NCBI RefSeq assembly: GCF_009914755.1
Contig: NC_060933.1
Source: the human T2T-CHM13v2.0 reference genome, Homo sapiens
Strand: one strand, 5' to 3'
DNA length: 64,000 nucleotides
Position numbers and translations under genes: made by a program. A model generated the notes under the pieces. That model was not told the origin of the DNA. It worked only from the letters and a program-made list of their open reading frames with translations, and ran no database searches. Shown here piece by piece: positions 1-17,034 of this stretch (its first letter is position 1; every line of letters starts with the position of its first letter).

Positions 1-54
1 CTTTCAGTTCCTAGCCCAGTACTTTTACTGCCACACCATACAGCCTCTATCTGA

Positions 55-462
<408 letters not shown>

Positions 463-1673
463 TGAATAAAAAAAAGGGAACAGTTCAAATGTTTTCTAGT
501 TTCTGTCTTATGCCATATTAATTTCCAATATTACTCATAGGCAAACCAACAACATTATTATCCAAACAGTTTAAATGCTATGTAATATAACTAAAGCAAA
601 GTTTAGACAAGGAGGACCATTGTCTACATTTGATTATAACAATAAAGCAGTTAAAGCAATGCTTTGCCAATGTATATTTGTCTGACTAGCTAGTCTTGTT
701 TAAATCAAACTGTGAAAGGCTGTATACTTCAAGAAACATGAAAGTGAGCCTTATGTGTGACTTAGCTCCTTTCAGAGATTAATTTTGTCATCTAATGAGC
801 AAGCAAGCTATTATATTTCATATTTACTGTACCTTAAAATTGGAAAGTATTTAACATATTTTATTTGACCCTTACAATACTATGAGATTGGCAGCGTAGG
901 TATTTTAATATCTGTTTTGCAAATTTTGCAAATTTTGGTGATTTGCCTAATGTCACATGGCTAGTATATGGCAAATGTGGGTCCAGAGCTCAGAGCCTTT
1001 GATGCCTCGTGCTGCATGCTTTCTCCACTCTAAGATACTATCTAGAAAACACTGAAATTGTCACATAAATCATACTAAAGCACAGTTAGCGGACTGGAAG
1101 TGCGTCAAGGCTACAAAAGGATCCTGTAAGAGGAGCATGAAAGGGTGCATCATGTGATTACATTATTCCAGGATGTGGCTTACCCAACAACAAAAGGTAT
1201 CACAGAAATGGAGTAAAGTAGCTGGGAGATCCACTCCCCATTGGACTTAGGCCCTGTTATCATTACATAACTAAAAGACCTTTTCAGTTTGTTTGTTTGA
1301 CATATCAAATTTGAGTTGTCCTATTAGAACCAGGCAAATAAAAGCTTTTGTAAAGGCCTTTGGAAGAATGTAGTTGTACACTTGATCTTCTTTGTACAGA
1401 AGGGTGGGAGTGGGCAAGAGAAATAGGAGCTTCTGTGTTATTTGCCACCAGAACAGGATATGTAAAGCTCAGAAACCCATCCTGCTTAGCTGCTTCCCAG
1501 CAAGCCATCCGGAGAAATGGGGCTGGAGAAAGCGGTTAGTCTAGTGTTATGGAGCCTTCTATCAGAAGCAGATGTTATGGATTCACCTAACTAAAGAATG
1601 TTAGTGTCATCATTTAATAACATAAGCCTCAGTTTCCACATCTGTAAAATAAAGGAGTTGGATTTGATGATAC

Positions 1674-1967
<294 letters not shown>

Positions 1968-1989
1968 ACTGATAATTTAATTTTTTAAA

Positions 1990-2520
1990 TAGGAAATATA
2001 TTCATATGGTTTGTAATTCAAAAAGTACACAAGGATATTCAGTGAAAAGTATTTCATTTACTCCTACCCACTTCTGACCAGCTCTCCTTAGGGACCACGG
2101 TCCTATTTTGCCTCCCAGGCTCAACCAACAACTTTGTTGTTTCCCCCCAACTCCCCTGCAGATAGTATAGGTGTATAAAAATAACATGAACATACTCTGT
2201 TTCCTTTTTAAGTTTTTTACAAATTATAGCATACAGTATATTCTGCTTTTATTTCATTTCATAATACGTCTTACAGATCATTCTATATCAATATATATGA
2301 TCGTTCTCATTCTTATTCTGCTAAGTATTCCATTGTATGAAAATATGATAACTCATTTAATCAGTGCCCTATCAATGAACATTTAGGTTGTATTTTTTAA
2401 TATTTTGCTATTACAAACACTCCTGTTATAAGTAACTTTGTACATACACATTTCACATATGTGCCAGTTTATCTGTAGAATGAATATTTAGAAGTGGGAT
2501 TACTGTGTTAAAGAATGTGG
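1990..2520 (-). mobile_element. Old L1M fragment
   Basis: Diverged antisense L1 3' motifs (tattccattgtatga, atgaacatttaggttg, tagaagtgggattactg). Confidence 0.55.
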
Positions 2521-3044
2521 GCAGACTGATGACTGTTCTAGTTTTGATCTTCTATGAGACTTTAACTGAAAATGATTAGTGGAAAAGAAAAAGTATCATT
2601 TTCTTGGTAATATCTTAATTTTTATCTCTTACTATTCAGAACTAAGTCTTAAGTAAGAGCCAAGAATAGGTAATCTCTCCAAAATTATGTTGAATTGCAG
2701 ACTTCACTAAAGTCACCTGCATCATGGTCTTGTAGATTTTTCTATTGCTTTTCAGTATAATACTATTCAAGCTATTTGCAAGGTGAATATTATAAACTCA
2801 GAACAAAAGGAGACTGTCTCCCAACTATGTTTACTAGCATTTACCAAGTAGAGGATTCAGAAGATTTGCTCTTTATTACAATTTATGTAGGGAGTGAAGA
2901 TGGAAAGATGAAACAAAGAGAGCCTAACAAATATCTGCCTCTGTCTGTGTTTTACTGTCTTCCCAAATTTTTGGATGGTTATGAGGTGTGTGATAACTTT
3001 ACAAAGTGTATGATACCATAACAATTACTAATCTTTTGGGGATT

Positions 3045-3600
<556 letters not shown>

Positions 3601-4106
3601 TCTTTTGGGGAAGCTAGGGACCATAAAGCAGATCAGAATTGTATCAGCCCCTCATGCTTTCTTGACTATAACCTACTAACTTTTCTTTTCTCCCCATCTC
3701 ACCTCCCTCATTCTCTTTCTAGGTACAATAAGCCATTTGTGAAATTTTCCCTGTTCAATAGCAAGTTTAAGCCAGAGCCTCCATCCTTTCCATCTCTGAA
3801 TTCCCTATAGCCTCTGGGGCAGAGGGTACTTCATAATACTTGTTGAGTTGAATTGAGGTAGATGTCAAAGTGATCTGACCTCACTTTGCTCCCCTCTCAA
3901 GTGCCATATCCTTCCTTTTCCCTGCTCAGCCTTGACACACCTATCAAGCCATCCCTTTGCATGCTTAATTTGGTTCAGGAAAGGACAAGAGACCAAGTAA
4001 ATTATCTTGAAGAGGAGTCTGTGTCTGCCTATGTTTAAGTAAATGCGCACACACACCTATCTTTCTGGCTCCTGCTGCCATTCTTTGTGTTGCGCTTAAA
4101 AATTGG

Positions 4107-4402
4107 GGGCCGGGTACGGTGGCTTACACCTGTAATCCGAGCATTTTGGGAGACTGAGGCAGAAGAATCACTTAAGGGCTGGAGTTCAAGACCAGCCTGG
4201 GCAACATAGGGAGACCCCTTCTCTACAAAAAGTTTTAAAATTAGCTGAGCATAATGGTATGTACCTATGTTCCCAGCTACTCTGGAGGCTGAGGTGGGAG
4301 GATCACTTGAGCCCAGGAGGTGTAGGCCGCAGTGAGCTGTAATCATGCTACTGCACTCCAGCCGGGACAACAGAATATGATCTTGTCTCAAAAAAAAAAA
4401 AA
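4107..4402 (+). mobile_element. Alu SINE (AluJ-like)
   Basis: ggccgggtacggtggct...poly-A. Confidence 0.9.
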
Positions 4403-5373
4403 TGGGGAAATTATTTATTTAGTTATGCATTAGTGGTAGCTGTGGAGTTAGGCACACCTGGTAGGAACAGCATTGGAATGTATAATTCAAAATACACATG
4501 TATCTTTTTATTCACATGAATTCCATTTTATGTGTATGAAATCATCAAGATCAAAGTGAATATTAGATGAATATGAACTCTAGCTTATTGGACATTTAGA
4601 AGATAGAGTTTGATTAGTGTTGATTTTTTTTTATTTTAGATTTTAAAAACTTGTCTATGGGCCATACGTTAAGTACTCATAGTATCTCTGTGGAAGAGTT
4701 CTGATAAACTCTGGGATAGGCGATAGCCAGGCCCACATGTGGACTATAACTCCTGTAAAGTTACAGATAACAGAATTATATGGTCTAACATGCAGCTCAC
4801 TTAGGCAGTCCTACCTTTCCAAATGTTTTCTTCAATGCCATATTCCCAGGGAAAATTGCTGCTGGGTAGTTGAAACTAGGTGCCTCACTGGACTTCTTCC
4901 TATTATTTGGGCAACTTGTAAAAGCTTACAAACTTTCTAGAAAGTAGCCCTGAAAACAGTTCCTTCGTTATGTTTTTAGCAATACCACAGAATACATGGT
5001 TCTATGTTATAGCTTAGAATTGCTACTACTCTTACAAAATTGGAACATAGAAAAGATGGACAAAAACCTAGTATAATGTATCATTATTTCCATTTCAAGA
5101 TGGCGTTTTGAACTCATCTCTTTTCCTTCCCAAAATCCTAGTGAAATTATCATAGGAATATGAAGAAGCATTATTTATAGTCAGAAAACAGGGAGAAAGA
5201 AGCCAGAAACTTTAAAACATTTCAAAGAAAATGTGATACAGATGGGAATCAAATTGAAAAAAATGACTGACCACCTGATTCAACATAGATAAAGGCCATC
5301 TCTGTCGGTAAATTTAAATGGGTTAGATTCATTTGCACACCCCTGCAAGCTCCCAAATCAAGAACAGCAGAGA

Positions 5374-5680
<307 letters not shown>

Positions 5681-6609
5681 AACAGCAGACATAAGGAAGA
5701 AGTGTTAGCTATGGGGTAGTTGGTGGACAAATCAAGGATTTGAGGAATTGCACTTATACCATATATAGAGAGAACAGTAGATTGAGAAGTAAAAATGAGT
5801 ATTTATCAAGAACTTCCTGTGTTTAGACACTGTGCTTAAGTAAGTGTTTAAGTGTATACTGTCAAGAGGTAGTTGCTATAAACATCCTTAGTTTAGAGGA
5901 AACTAACTTACCCTCTTAACCACTGTGCTGTGGCCTCAGTGAACTCCTGCTAATAATTCTTTAAAACAATCCTATGAAATAGGTTAGTTTTATTTTCCCA
6001 ATTTTAGAGCTGAGGCAAGAAGATATTAAGTAATTTGCCAAAGGGCCCACAACCAGTAGGTACAGTTTTACCGGTTAGAGAATGAGTAGATCTCCTTGTG
6101 TATTTGAATAGCTGCCATAATAAAGAAAGGGGAAATATCTTTTCTACCCACAGCTTCCTCCTTGTGTTTTTTTGTTTTTGGTGGGCTATTCAGGATCTCA
6201 GATCGAATCCCAATCTCAGAAAGACAGTTGACAAACCCTGGAGAGGTCAGCTGGGAACAAATGTAAAAGTCTCAGCAAAACGGTGTACTTCCTGTTTGAG
6301 GTCTGTCTTTCTGGTAGTTCAATCCCTGTATTTCACAACTAGTCTACAAAAATAAAACTACAAAAATATTTAATTTCCCCTCCCTCTGGGATTTAGAGAT
6401 TTTACTTACACAGTGCGTTAGAAAACCTCTCTCAAATCCCAAAGACGAGTGATTTGGTATTAAATTCAGTGTTAACCCCCAAGTTCTTTGATTATTAGGT
6501 GGTGGTCTGTGCAAATTTTATGTGAGACTGGGCTAACTCTGTGACCTTTTTGGAATTTCAAAATAAACAAATGCATTATTTTAGTTCCTGGTTGAATCTT
6601 GGCTTTCTT

Positions 6610-7015
6610 TTCTTTATTACTGATACATAATAATTGCACATATTTATGGGCACAATAATTAATAATTGCACAATGTATAATGATCAAATCAGGGTATTTA
6701 GGATATCCATCACCTTCAGCATTTATCATTTCTTTGTATTGGGAACATTTCAAATCTTCTAATTATTTTGAAATATACAGTGTATTGTTGTTGACTATAG
6801 TCACCCTTCTGTGCTGTCAAACACTAGAACTTACTCCTTCTATCTAAGCATCTATTTGTTCTGTTAACCCATCTGTCTTCAATCCCACCCTCACCCCACC
6901 TTGAGTACACACATATACACCCTTCCCAGCCTCTGGTGACTGTTCTACTCTCTACCTCCGTAGGATCAACTTTTTTGGCTCCCACTTATGACTGAGAACA
7001 TGCAATATTTGTCTT
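6610..7015 (-). mobile_element. L1MA 3' end fragment
   Basis: gatacataataattgcacatatttatggg...ctcccacttatgactgagaacatgcaatatttgtct. Confidence 0.75.
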
Positions 7016-7024
7016 TTTGTTTGA

Positions 7025-7331
<307 letters not shown>

Positions 7332-7409
7332 TAGCTCTCACTTGTTGAACATCCAGTTCTTAGATTCTGTGTACTAAGTATCTATGTTGTACATCTCTGT
7401 AATTCAGAA

Positions 7410-7598
7410 CTGTGGTTCTCAAGCTTTAGCATGCATAAGAATTGTCCATGGAACTTGATAAGCACCTAAATTTTGAGGCCCTACTCCCTAAGAGGTGATT
7501 CAGTGGTGTGGCATAGGGTCCATAATTTTTATTTTTACCCAAACTTCCCTGATGATTCTGATCCAGGTGGTCCTTGGACCACACTTTGAGAAGCACTT
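7410..7598. mobile_element. MER5A-like hAT-Charlie DNA transposon
   Basis: Inverted ends ctgtggttctcaagctttagcatgcat ... ggaccacactttgagaagcact. Confidence 0.75.
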
Positions 7599-7799
7599 GA
7601 GTTAGGAAAGTAATTAACATTTATTGTTTACTATATATGTTATTAACATGGCAGTCTCTTCAATATGTATTTTTACATTTGATATTCATACTGTTGTGAG
7701 ATTTTTATCCCAGTTTTACGTGTACTTATTATCCTTACAAAGTTTTTGTAACTTGTTACGAGTTTTAAGGATGGCAGTGCCCCTTAGGATAAAAAATAA

Positions 7800-8560
7800 A
7801 GCATGATAAATAGACTACATTAACAGTAAAAACTTCTGTTCGTTCATCTAAAGACACAATAAAAGAAATGAAAAGGGAAGCCACAGACTGGGAGAAGATA
7901 TTTGCAATGTGTGTGATGATAGAAGACTCATCCAGAATATGTAAAGAACCTTTGCAAATCAGTAAGAAAAAGACCTCACAGAAAAATAAGCCACAAACTT
8001 GAACAAATAGTTAACAAAAGAAAGGATATCCAAAAGCCAATACATGTATGAAAAAGTTTCCACTTCAATAGTCATTAGGAAGATGCAAATTAAAGTTCAA
8101 TTTATACCCACCAGAATGGCTAAAATTAAGTAGACTGACTCTAATAAGTGCTGAGAAGAATGTGACCAATCTTGGGGAGGGAAAGTATTTGCAAATGTTC
8201 ACAGCAGTGTTATTAAAAACCCTGAAAACAGTTTAGATGCCAAGAGCAGAAATGAAAAGTTAAGTTGCATATTGATTCAAAGGAAACTATAGAGCAATGA
8301 AAAATAACAAACTGCTGCTACACACAATATGGATGAACCTCCCAAAAATTATGTTGAGCAAAGGACCCAGACACAATAGTACATTCTTTCTGCTTCCATT
8401 TATATAAATTTCAAAATCACAGAAGACTGTGTATGATTTTAGAAGTCAGGAGAGAAGATCCCCCCGGAGAGGAGGAGGAAGCATGACTGGGAGAGGCAGG
8501 AGGGGAGCTCCTGGAGTACTGGCAATAGTTACTGTTCTGGGTAACAATTAAATAAAATAT
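7800..8560 (+). mobile_element. Old L1M 3' fragment
   Basis: aagccacagactgggagaagatatttgcaa, atgcaaattaaa, atggatgaacctc...attatgttgag. Confidence 0.75.
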
Positions 8561-8809
8561 ACTTACTTTATGGGGGAAAAAAGACGGCAATGCCCTGCAA
8601 CAGTGAGCAGCCTGACTCTGAGAACAGAGTGGGCTCTTGCCCTTGCTGTTTCTGCTTTGGCAAGGTGCCTCTCAGAGCAGATGATTGTTTAAGATTGGTT
8701 CTGGAAAGTAATATGAACAGTATGTTCTGGAATGTGTTTAATCAATGTTAAAGCCACTGAAATGTTAGAATGGCTAAAGTATATCAATCATTATTCAGAA
8801 TGCGTTTCA

Positions 8810-9111
8810 TTTTTTTGTTTTGTTTTGTTTTGAGACAGTCTTGCTGTGTCGCCCAGGCTAGCGTGCAGTGGCGCAATCTCGGCTCACTGCAACCTCTGCC
8901 TCCCAAGTTCAAGCAATTCTCGTGCCTCAGCTTCCTGAGTTGCTGGAATTACAGGTGCACGCCACCAAACCTGGCTAGTTTTTGTATTTTTAGTAGAGAC
9001 AGCGTTTTGCCATGTTGGCCAGGCTGGTCTCAGACTCCTGGCCTCAAGTGATCTGCCCGTCTTGGCCTCCCAAAGTGCTGGGATTACAGGTGTGAGCCAC
9101 TGCGCCCAGCC
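8810..9111 (-). mobile_element. Alu SINE
   Basis: Reverse Alu consensus. Confidence 0.9.
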
Positions 9112-9164
9112 CTATTATTCAGAGTGCATTTCGACAAGTCAAGTGTGCATTTGTTTCTCACTGA

Positions 9165-9485
<321 letters not shown>

Positions 9486-10989
9486 CTCACTGAAACTATT
9501 CTTATATGTACCTAAACTTTTCAGACCGAAATAGGCTCTAAAGATGAATTAGTCTGTTCCTTGACTCAGGAAGCTATGACCAGAAAGGCTAAATTACCTA
9601 ATGTAATAGAAAACCAGGGCTAGAACAAAAATTTCTAGTCTTACATTTTTCAAATTGTAATCATTATAAAGATTAAGGTGGGCTTCAGCCCACCAATTCC
9701 CCTTGCCTGGGAATTATCCAGAACACTGTTGAGTCAGTGTTTGAGAGTGACAGCACTGTGACAACATTCAGCATATGAAAGTTCACACAAAGCCATGATA
9801 ATCAGAGATGATCTGATATTTTAAAGGAGTAGAATAAATGGTGACATTTTTATGAATTATTCTCAAAATTTCTGTTTCTGACCCTGAAAATACAAATAGT
9901 AGAAAGGCATTTGGGGCTTTTATGCATTATTCACAGAATGCCAAAATGTAGCCTAGAGCTTGGGGCTGTATGGAAGTCCATTTTCACCCCACTTAGAGCC
10001 ACTTAGAGGTAGAGCAGCCAAGAGTACTGCAGATAACAGTTGTAGCGCATACTGTATGCCAGAAGCATGGCATAAAGCATTGCAGGACACAACTGCTCTG
10101 GAGGGGGGTAACGATTAGATTTAGCTCCTCCTGGACAACTTAATGGGCAAGGATTTCATAGACTTGTCAGAGCACTAGGATAGCTTGACATTGGTTTACC
10201 CGGAATGTAGAGAATATCCAATTGTGCCTCAACAGGAATAGGTCTACGTTTTTTTTTTCCAAGCCTCTCTCAAAACTACAGCTGTTTCCTTGCCTCCGTT
10301 TTTCTGAGTTGCCCTTAGAACGCAAAAAAAGCTTACTTGATGTTGAGAGACTAGGAACATAAAGACAGGAGATAGTTGGATAGAAGGACCATGCTACGAA
10401 TAATGAAAAGAACACTGGGCTTGAGGTCAGAATCAGGCTTCTAATGATGACCACTAGACTAACTGCCCTGTGACCTTGGCTAGCCTTTTAACCTTTATAC
10501 CTCAGTTTTCCATCTGAAAAATGAATAACTATTCTTGTTTAATCTAGGCCTATTCTTTTAAGTGGAGTTAAGTTTGGAAACATACTACAATGTTGTGGCT
10601 CAGCAATTCTCAGAAAAAGCGTGCATGAAAGCAAAAGTAAATGAACTTACTGTTGGACCCAGACTTAGAATCAATCAATCAACAAGTATTTATTGAATAG
10701 CCACCTAAAGGGTATATTAGACTGCATATAGCCTTTACCTAAGCCTTATAGTGAATTCTGTAAACAAGATATGAATGCATTAACTTCATTGCTGAGCTCT
10801 CACAGAGCATAATGATAATATTACCACAGAGTAATAATAAGGCTTTTACATATATGGTCTTTTCTCCCCTCTTTTTCCCCATTCATTATCTTATTTGAAT
10901 CATATAGTAACCCTGAAGGAGGACAAAATAGATGTTATCTCCATGTTTCCATGAGTTTCAGATGAGACATTGAAATTCAGAGTATGAAA

Positions 10990-11183
10990 ATGCTTCTCAA
11001 GGGGGTAGGACAAATTGAGAAATGTCTGGAGACATTTTTGGTTGTCACAACTGGGGCAATGCTACTGGCATTGAGTCGGTAGAGGTCAGGGATACTGTTA
11101 AACATCCAGTGATACACAAGACAGCTCAGACAACAAAGAATTATCCAGTCCAAAATGTTGTTAATACTGAGGTTGAAACCCTG
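10990..11183. mobile_element. MER20-like DNA transposon
   Basis: aatgtctggagacatttttggttgtcacaactggg...tgctactggcat...aaagaattatccag. Confidence 0.75.
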
Positions 11184-11303
11184 AGATAGGTGTTTCCCCA
11201 AAAGAACTCAAAGTGATAGAGTCGGAACCAGAATCCACATCTTTGACTCACTCTAGTGTGTTTTCACTATGTCTAAAGCAGGGCATTAAAATCTGGATTT
11301 TAA

Positions 11304-11580
11304 GGCTGGGTGCGGTGGTTCACACCTTAAATCCCAGCACTTTGAGGGGCCGAGGCAGGTGGATCACCTGAGGTCAGGAGCTCAAGAACAGCCTGGCCAA
11401 CATGATGAAACCCTGTTTCTACTAAAAATACAAAAAGTAGCCGGGTATGGTGGCACACGCCTGTAATCCCGCCTACTTGGAAGGCTGAGGCACAGGAATT
11501 GCTTGAACCTGGGAGGCAGAGGTTGCAGAGATCGTGACACTGCACTCAAGCCTGGGCGACAGACTGTGACTCTGCCTCAG
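11304..11580 (+). mobile_element. Alu SINE
   Basis: Alu consensus. Confidence 0.9.
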
Positions 11581-12415
11581 AATCCTTTTTAAATTAAAAA
11601 ATAAGTAAATAAAATCTGGAGTTCACAAGTCTTAGATTAATCACTAATGTTTTGATGAGGTATGAGTGACAAGTCGAGTTTGTTTAGATCACTGTTGAAG
11701 GTGTATAGTATAGATTATGTAGTCTATTAAACACTTGCTGTGTGTCTCACAGTCTGCTGCCCATGTCCCTCCCAGAGGCTAGTTCACCTTCATCGTATTT
11801 ATTGATTTTTTATTGAGCAAGTACCAAATTTGAATCATTTGACCAAAATGCTGTTGAAATCTGGACACGATCCCTGTAGCAATCTCTATGCGTAGGACCT
11901 GTTGCCAAACTAAAAACCCATGGGACTTTTACAGGAAATGTCACCAGGAGACTCAGCTAGAAATTAGTAGAGCCGGGATTTGAATACCTTCTGACTCCAG
12001 ACTTTTTTTTTTTTAACTCCTACCCCTAGACCTAGACTCTTAACAATAGTCTGTAAGATCAAATGTCACCTGCAAAGGGTGGCATGTGACTTTTAGAAGC
12101 TCTTAAAATCCAGGAATAAATTCTTCTTACTAATTCTTGTAGAATAGTCTTAAGTTGTGCCCCTCAAACCATTTTATGCCCAGAAATTAGATGATTCTTC
12201 TCATCTTCCTAAAGTTTTAACAGATGCCATTCTGGATCCTGGAAAATTAAACAGCTGTAGCCATAAGGATTTAATCTATAAAGATTTTTTTCCTTCTGTA
12301 AATCTGCCTCAAAGAAGAACTTAAGCAGGAAACATGAGTCCCTGCATATTACCTTTAAATAGCTTCCAATTGCCCTGGAAATAAAATTTAGAATCCTTAA
12401 AATGACCTTTAAGAT

Positions 12416-12705
12416 TTTTTTTTTGAGACACAGTCTCGCTCTGTCACCCAGGCTGCGGTGCAGTGGTGTGATCTTGGCCTCACTGCAACCTCTGCCTCCT
12501 GGGTTCAAGTGATTCTTCTGCCTCAGCCTCCCGAGTAGCTGGGAGTACAGGCATGCGCCACCACGCCCAGCTAACTTTTGTATTTTTAGTAGAGATGGGG
12601 TTTCACCCCGTTGGCCAGTCTGGTCTTGAACTCCTGACCTCAAGTGATTCACCCTTCTTGGCCTCCCAAAGTGTTGGGATTACAGGCGTGAGCCACCATG
12701 CCTAG
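12416..12705 (-). mobile_element. Alu SINE
   Basis: Reverse Alu consensus. Confidence 0.9.
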
Positions 12706-12709
12706 ACAT

Positions 12710-13190
12710 TCTTAATTGAGTATCCTTTATGCTTCCCTCTTCAACCTCATTAGCCTCTCCTCCGCTCACTCAGTATGTTCTGTTCATACTAACCTTGATC
12801 CCTTATTTCTTCTCTCGACTCAGGAAGGCTCTTACCTTTCCTTCTACTAAACTCCAATAATTAATTTATCAGTCTGTTTAAAGTCAGCTCCTTTAAGAAA
12901 GCTCCTCTCTTTCGCTTCCCACCTGTCCTCCATCTAAATTAGTTCTTTCACCGTTATTCTCTGCCACAGTTCATTTTTGTACCTCCTTCATACCACTTAC
13001 ACAAATGGTAATTATACCTACCTATATATATTTATTTGCTTACATTTTTACTGAGAGAGCCTTCTTCCTCTTGAGTAGCCCCACAAAGGCAAGTACCTTG
13101 TCTTTTTGCATCAGACTCCTTATAGGTAGATATTGAAACCTACATGGATTTTGTAAGAATTAATAAATACTTTTTGAATGAATGAATATT
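12710..13190 (+). mobile_element. L2 fragment (3' end)
   Basis: Pyrimidine-rich body ending ataaatactttttgaatgaatgaat, the L2 tail. Confidence 0.55.
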
Positions 13191-13437
13191 TGGTAAGTAT
13201 TCTTCCAGATGCTGTAAGGAAGTAAAAATTAGAAAGTTTCTTGCGCTCAAGAAGCTTGCTGTGTATATATGGCATTTTTTATCTTGTATTTTAAAAACTA
13301 TAAGTCAATTTCTGTAAGAGAAGATTGCTAGGGAAATTCAAAAAAGGGAGATTTCTTAGGAATTCAAGAAAAACCTCCTGGAATGAGTTAGATTATAAAT
13401 CAAAAAGATCAAGGTCCATGTTTTAGCTTTATCCTTA

Positions 13438-13892
<455 letters not shown>

Positions 13893-14787
13893 TTATTGAG
13901 GAAAAGTGAGTAGGTCAGTTTCAGTGGAACATATGAATGTGAAGCGGAGTAGATTGAGATAAGGCTGGAAAGATAAGTCTGTAACAGACTTAAATGCCAC
14001 ATAGTGAGCTTAAAAATCAGTGTATCAATATCAGAAGTTGGGGGTGAAGATACTTAGGTTTCTTTTTGCAGGCAGAAATTAGTTTTTCGGAGTGCAGCCT
14101 AAGAAGCAAATTATAGCTTGAGAAATACATGCAAGTAGTATCTGCAGTACAAATACTGGTTTAGCTTGGAGTACCGGTTCATCAGCATCATCACTGTCAA
14201 ATAGCAAGATTCAGATTCCAATGGGGCATCTTCTGTATTTGGCTTGACTAGAAAGAGAACTTTGCTTCCTTATATTTCTGGAAGGGAGCAACACACTTGC
14301 CTGACAAGTCCCCAGAGGTATTTGAACAGTTATTATAGAATTTGTGTATTACTGAGGAGCACCATGCAATGACTGCTAAGGTCCTTCCAATTCTTAGTGG
14401 GATTCTGTGACCCGCAAATTAAGAGACAGAACACTCAGGTTTCAATTTCAGGTGATCTACATATAGCTGAAGAAATGGCTCATCCATCTCTTTGCAGACC
14501 GAATTGTTTGGAGCCAGACTTCTCTCCTTGGCTGACTCAAGAAAGAGTAGCATCCAAGAGGGGCTCATTAAGCATATGCAGTTGATAAAGATGAGAAGGA
14601 ATTTTAGAATACTTTGATTCAACTGTTTCTCCTACCATTTCTCAATACCATTCTATCAGTGTGATATATGGGCACTGATTCAAAATATCATAAAAACATT
14701 TTCGAGTATTTTGTGAGACCTAGTTCCAGTTAGAATTATTAGGAAAGGCACAATATACTATGGCTCTTCAGAGCTCTTAAAACTAGA

Positions 14788-15139
<352 letters not shown>

Positions 15140-15221
15140 CTAGGAGTGCTAGAAACTTTTGGCCATTGGACTTGTTTGGCTGGAATACAAAGTACATACA
15201 GGCAGAAGAGGTAGGTTGGGT

Positions 15222-15533
15222 TCTTTTTGTTTTGTTTTGTTTTGAGACAGAGTCTTACTCTTGCCCAGGCTGGAGTACAGTGGTATGATCATGGCACACT
15301 GCAGCTTTGACTTCCCAGGCTTAAAGCAATCCTCCCACTTCAGGGCCTCCCTCAGTAGCTGACACTACAAGTACATGACACCACACCCAGCTAATTTTTT
15401 GCTTTTTTGTAGAGATGGGGTCTCACTGTATTTCCCAGGCTGGTCTCAAACTCCTGGGCTCATGTAATCCTCCCACCTCAGCCTCCCAAAGCACTGGGAT
15501 TACATTACAGGCATGAGCCACCATGCCCAGCCT
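15222..15533 (-). mobile_element. Alu SINE (AluJ-like)
   Basis: Reverse Alu consensus. Confidence 0.85.
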
Positions 15534-15825
15534 AAAATCATTTTTAAGTTGATCTTATCTTATAGTTTGTTCCATTTCCCCGATGTCATTTTATGTGACA
15601 CTTGTCAAGGCTTCATGCCTTAGAGACTTAATTCACATAAAAAGTTTTGGTTTAGCATTTCAGACCACTTAAAGGTCAATAGCAGCCAGTATAATCTCTT
15701 CCCTTCTTCTACTCTTAGAAACAGGTATGAGTTTTGTTTACAGTCTCTCTCATATTTTTCACAAAACACATATTTTCCAAAAGTATATGAAGGTAAATTT
15801 GGTGAGAAAATGTAAATGTTCAGAT

Positions 15826-15900
15826 CTCCCAAGAGCTTTGTGTTTTATACGCTAGGCTTCTAAGCCTCCCAAGGGCTTTGTGTTTTTATACTCTAGGCTT
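15826..15900. repeat. Imperfect ~40-bp tandem duplication
   Basis: ctcccaagagctttgtgttttatacgctaggctt / ctcccaagggctttgtgtttttatactctaggctt. Confidence 0.85.
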
Positions 15901-16597
15901 TTTTTTTTTTGTTTAAGTTTTAGCTCTAGGTGGAACTTTATGGATTATGTAATTCAGTATTCTTACAGTTAAGGAAAATGAAGCTCTAAAATATAAAATA
16001 ACTTACCCAATGTAGTATATGTCACCTGTGTCCTCTCTCACATTTAAACTAATTCTTTGCCTTTATATTTTGTTGTTTATGTAGTAATTACATGGTCCAT
16101 TCATGTTTACTCAGAAGACATAGGTGACCTAGGGATTGGACAATGGGCATTTTAAAAATTGAGTTTGACTTTAGCATGTTTTCTCTTGCAAATAATAGCC
16201 TTCAATGGCTGTATAATTCATCACGTTATCACTTTTTCCAGGATTTGTCTTGCCTCAACAGGTTTCTCATCTCCTTTGCTGAGTTTGAACAGCTTGATAA
16301 GCTGGAGTGATGTAGAAAGATGAAATTTATGATAGAAGGGGATGACCTTCAACCGATATCTGGAGATAAAGTGTTTCTTTGTCTTATTCCTTCTTTTTAA
16401 GAGATGTGGGGCGGGGGTGGGTGTGGGTCTCACTATGTTGCCCAGGCTAGATTCAAACTCCCAGGCTCCAGTGATCCTCTGAGTAGTTGGGACTGCAGGC
16501 ATGCACCACTGCCCCCAGCTTTTTCCTGTCTTGTTCTGATTAGAATTAAATCACAGGTTTTTTGTTTTTGTTTTTTATCTTTCCATAAGTACAGTTA

Positions 16598-17034
<437 letters not shown>

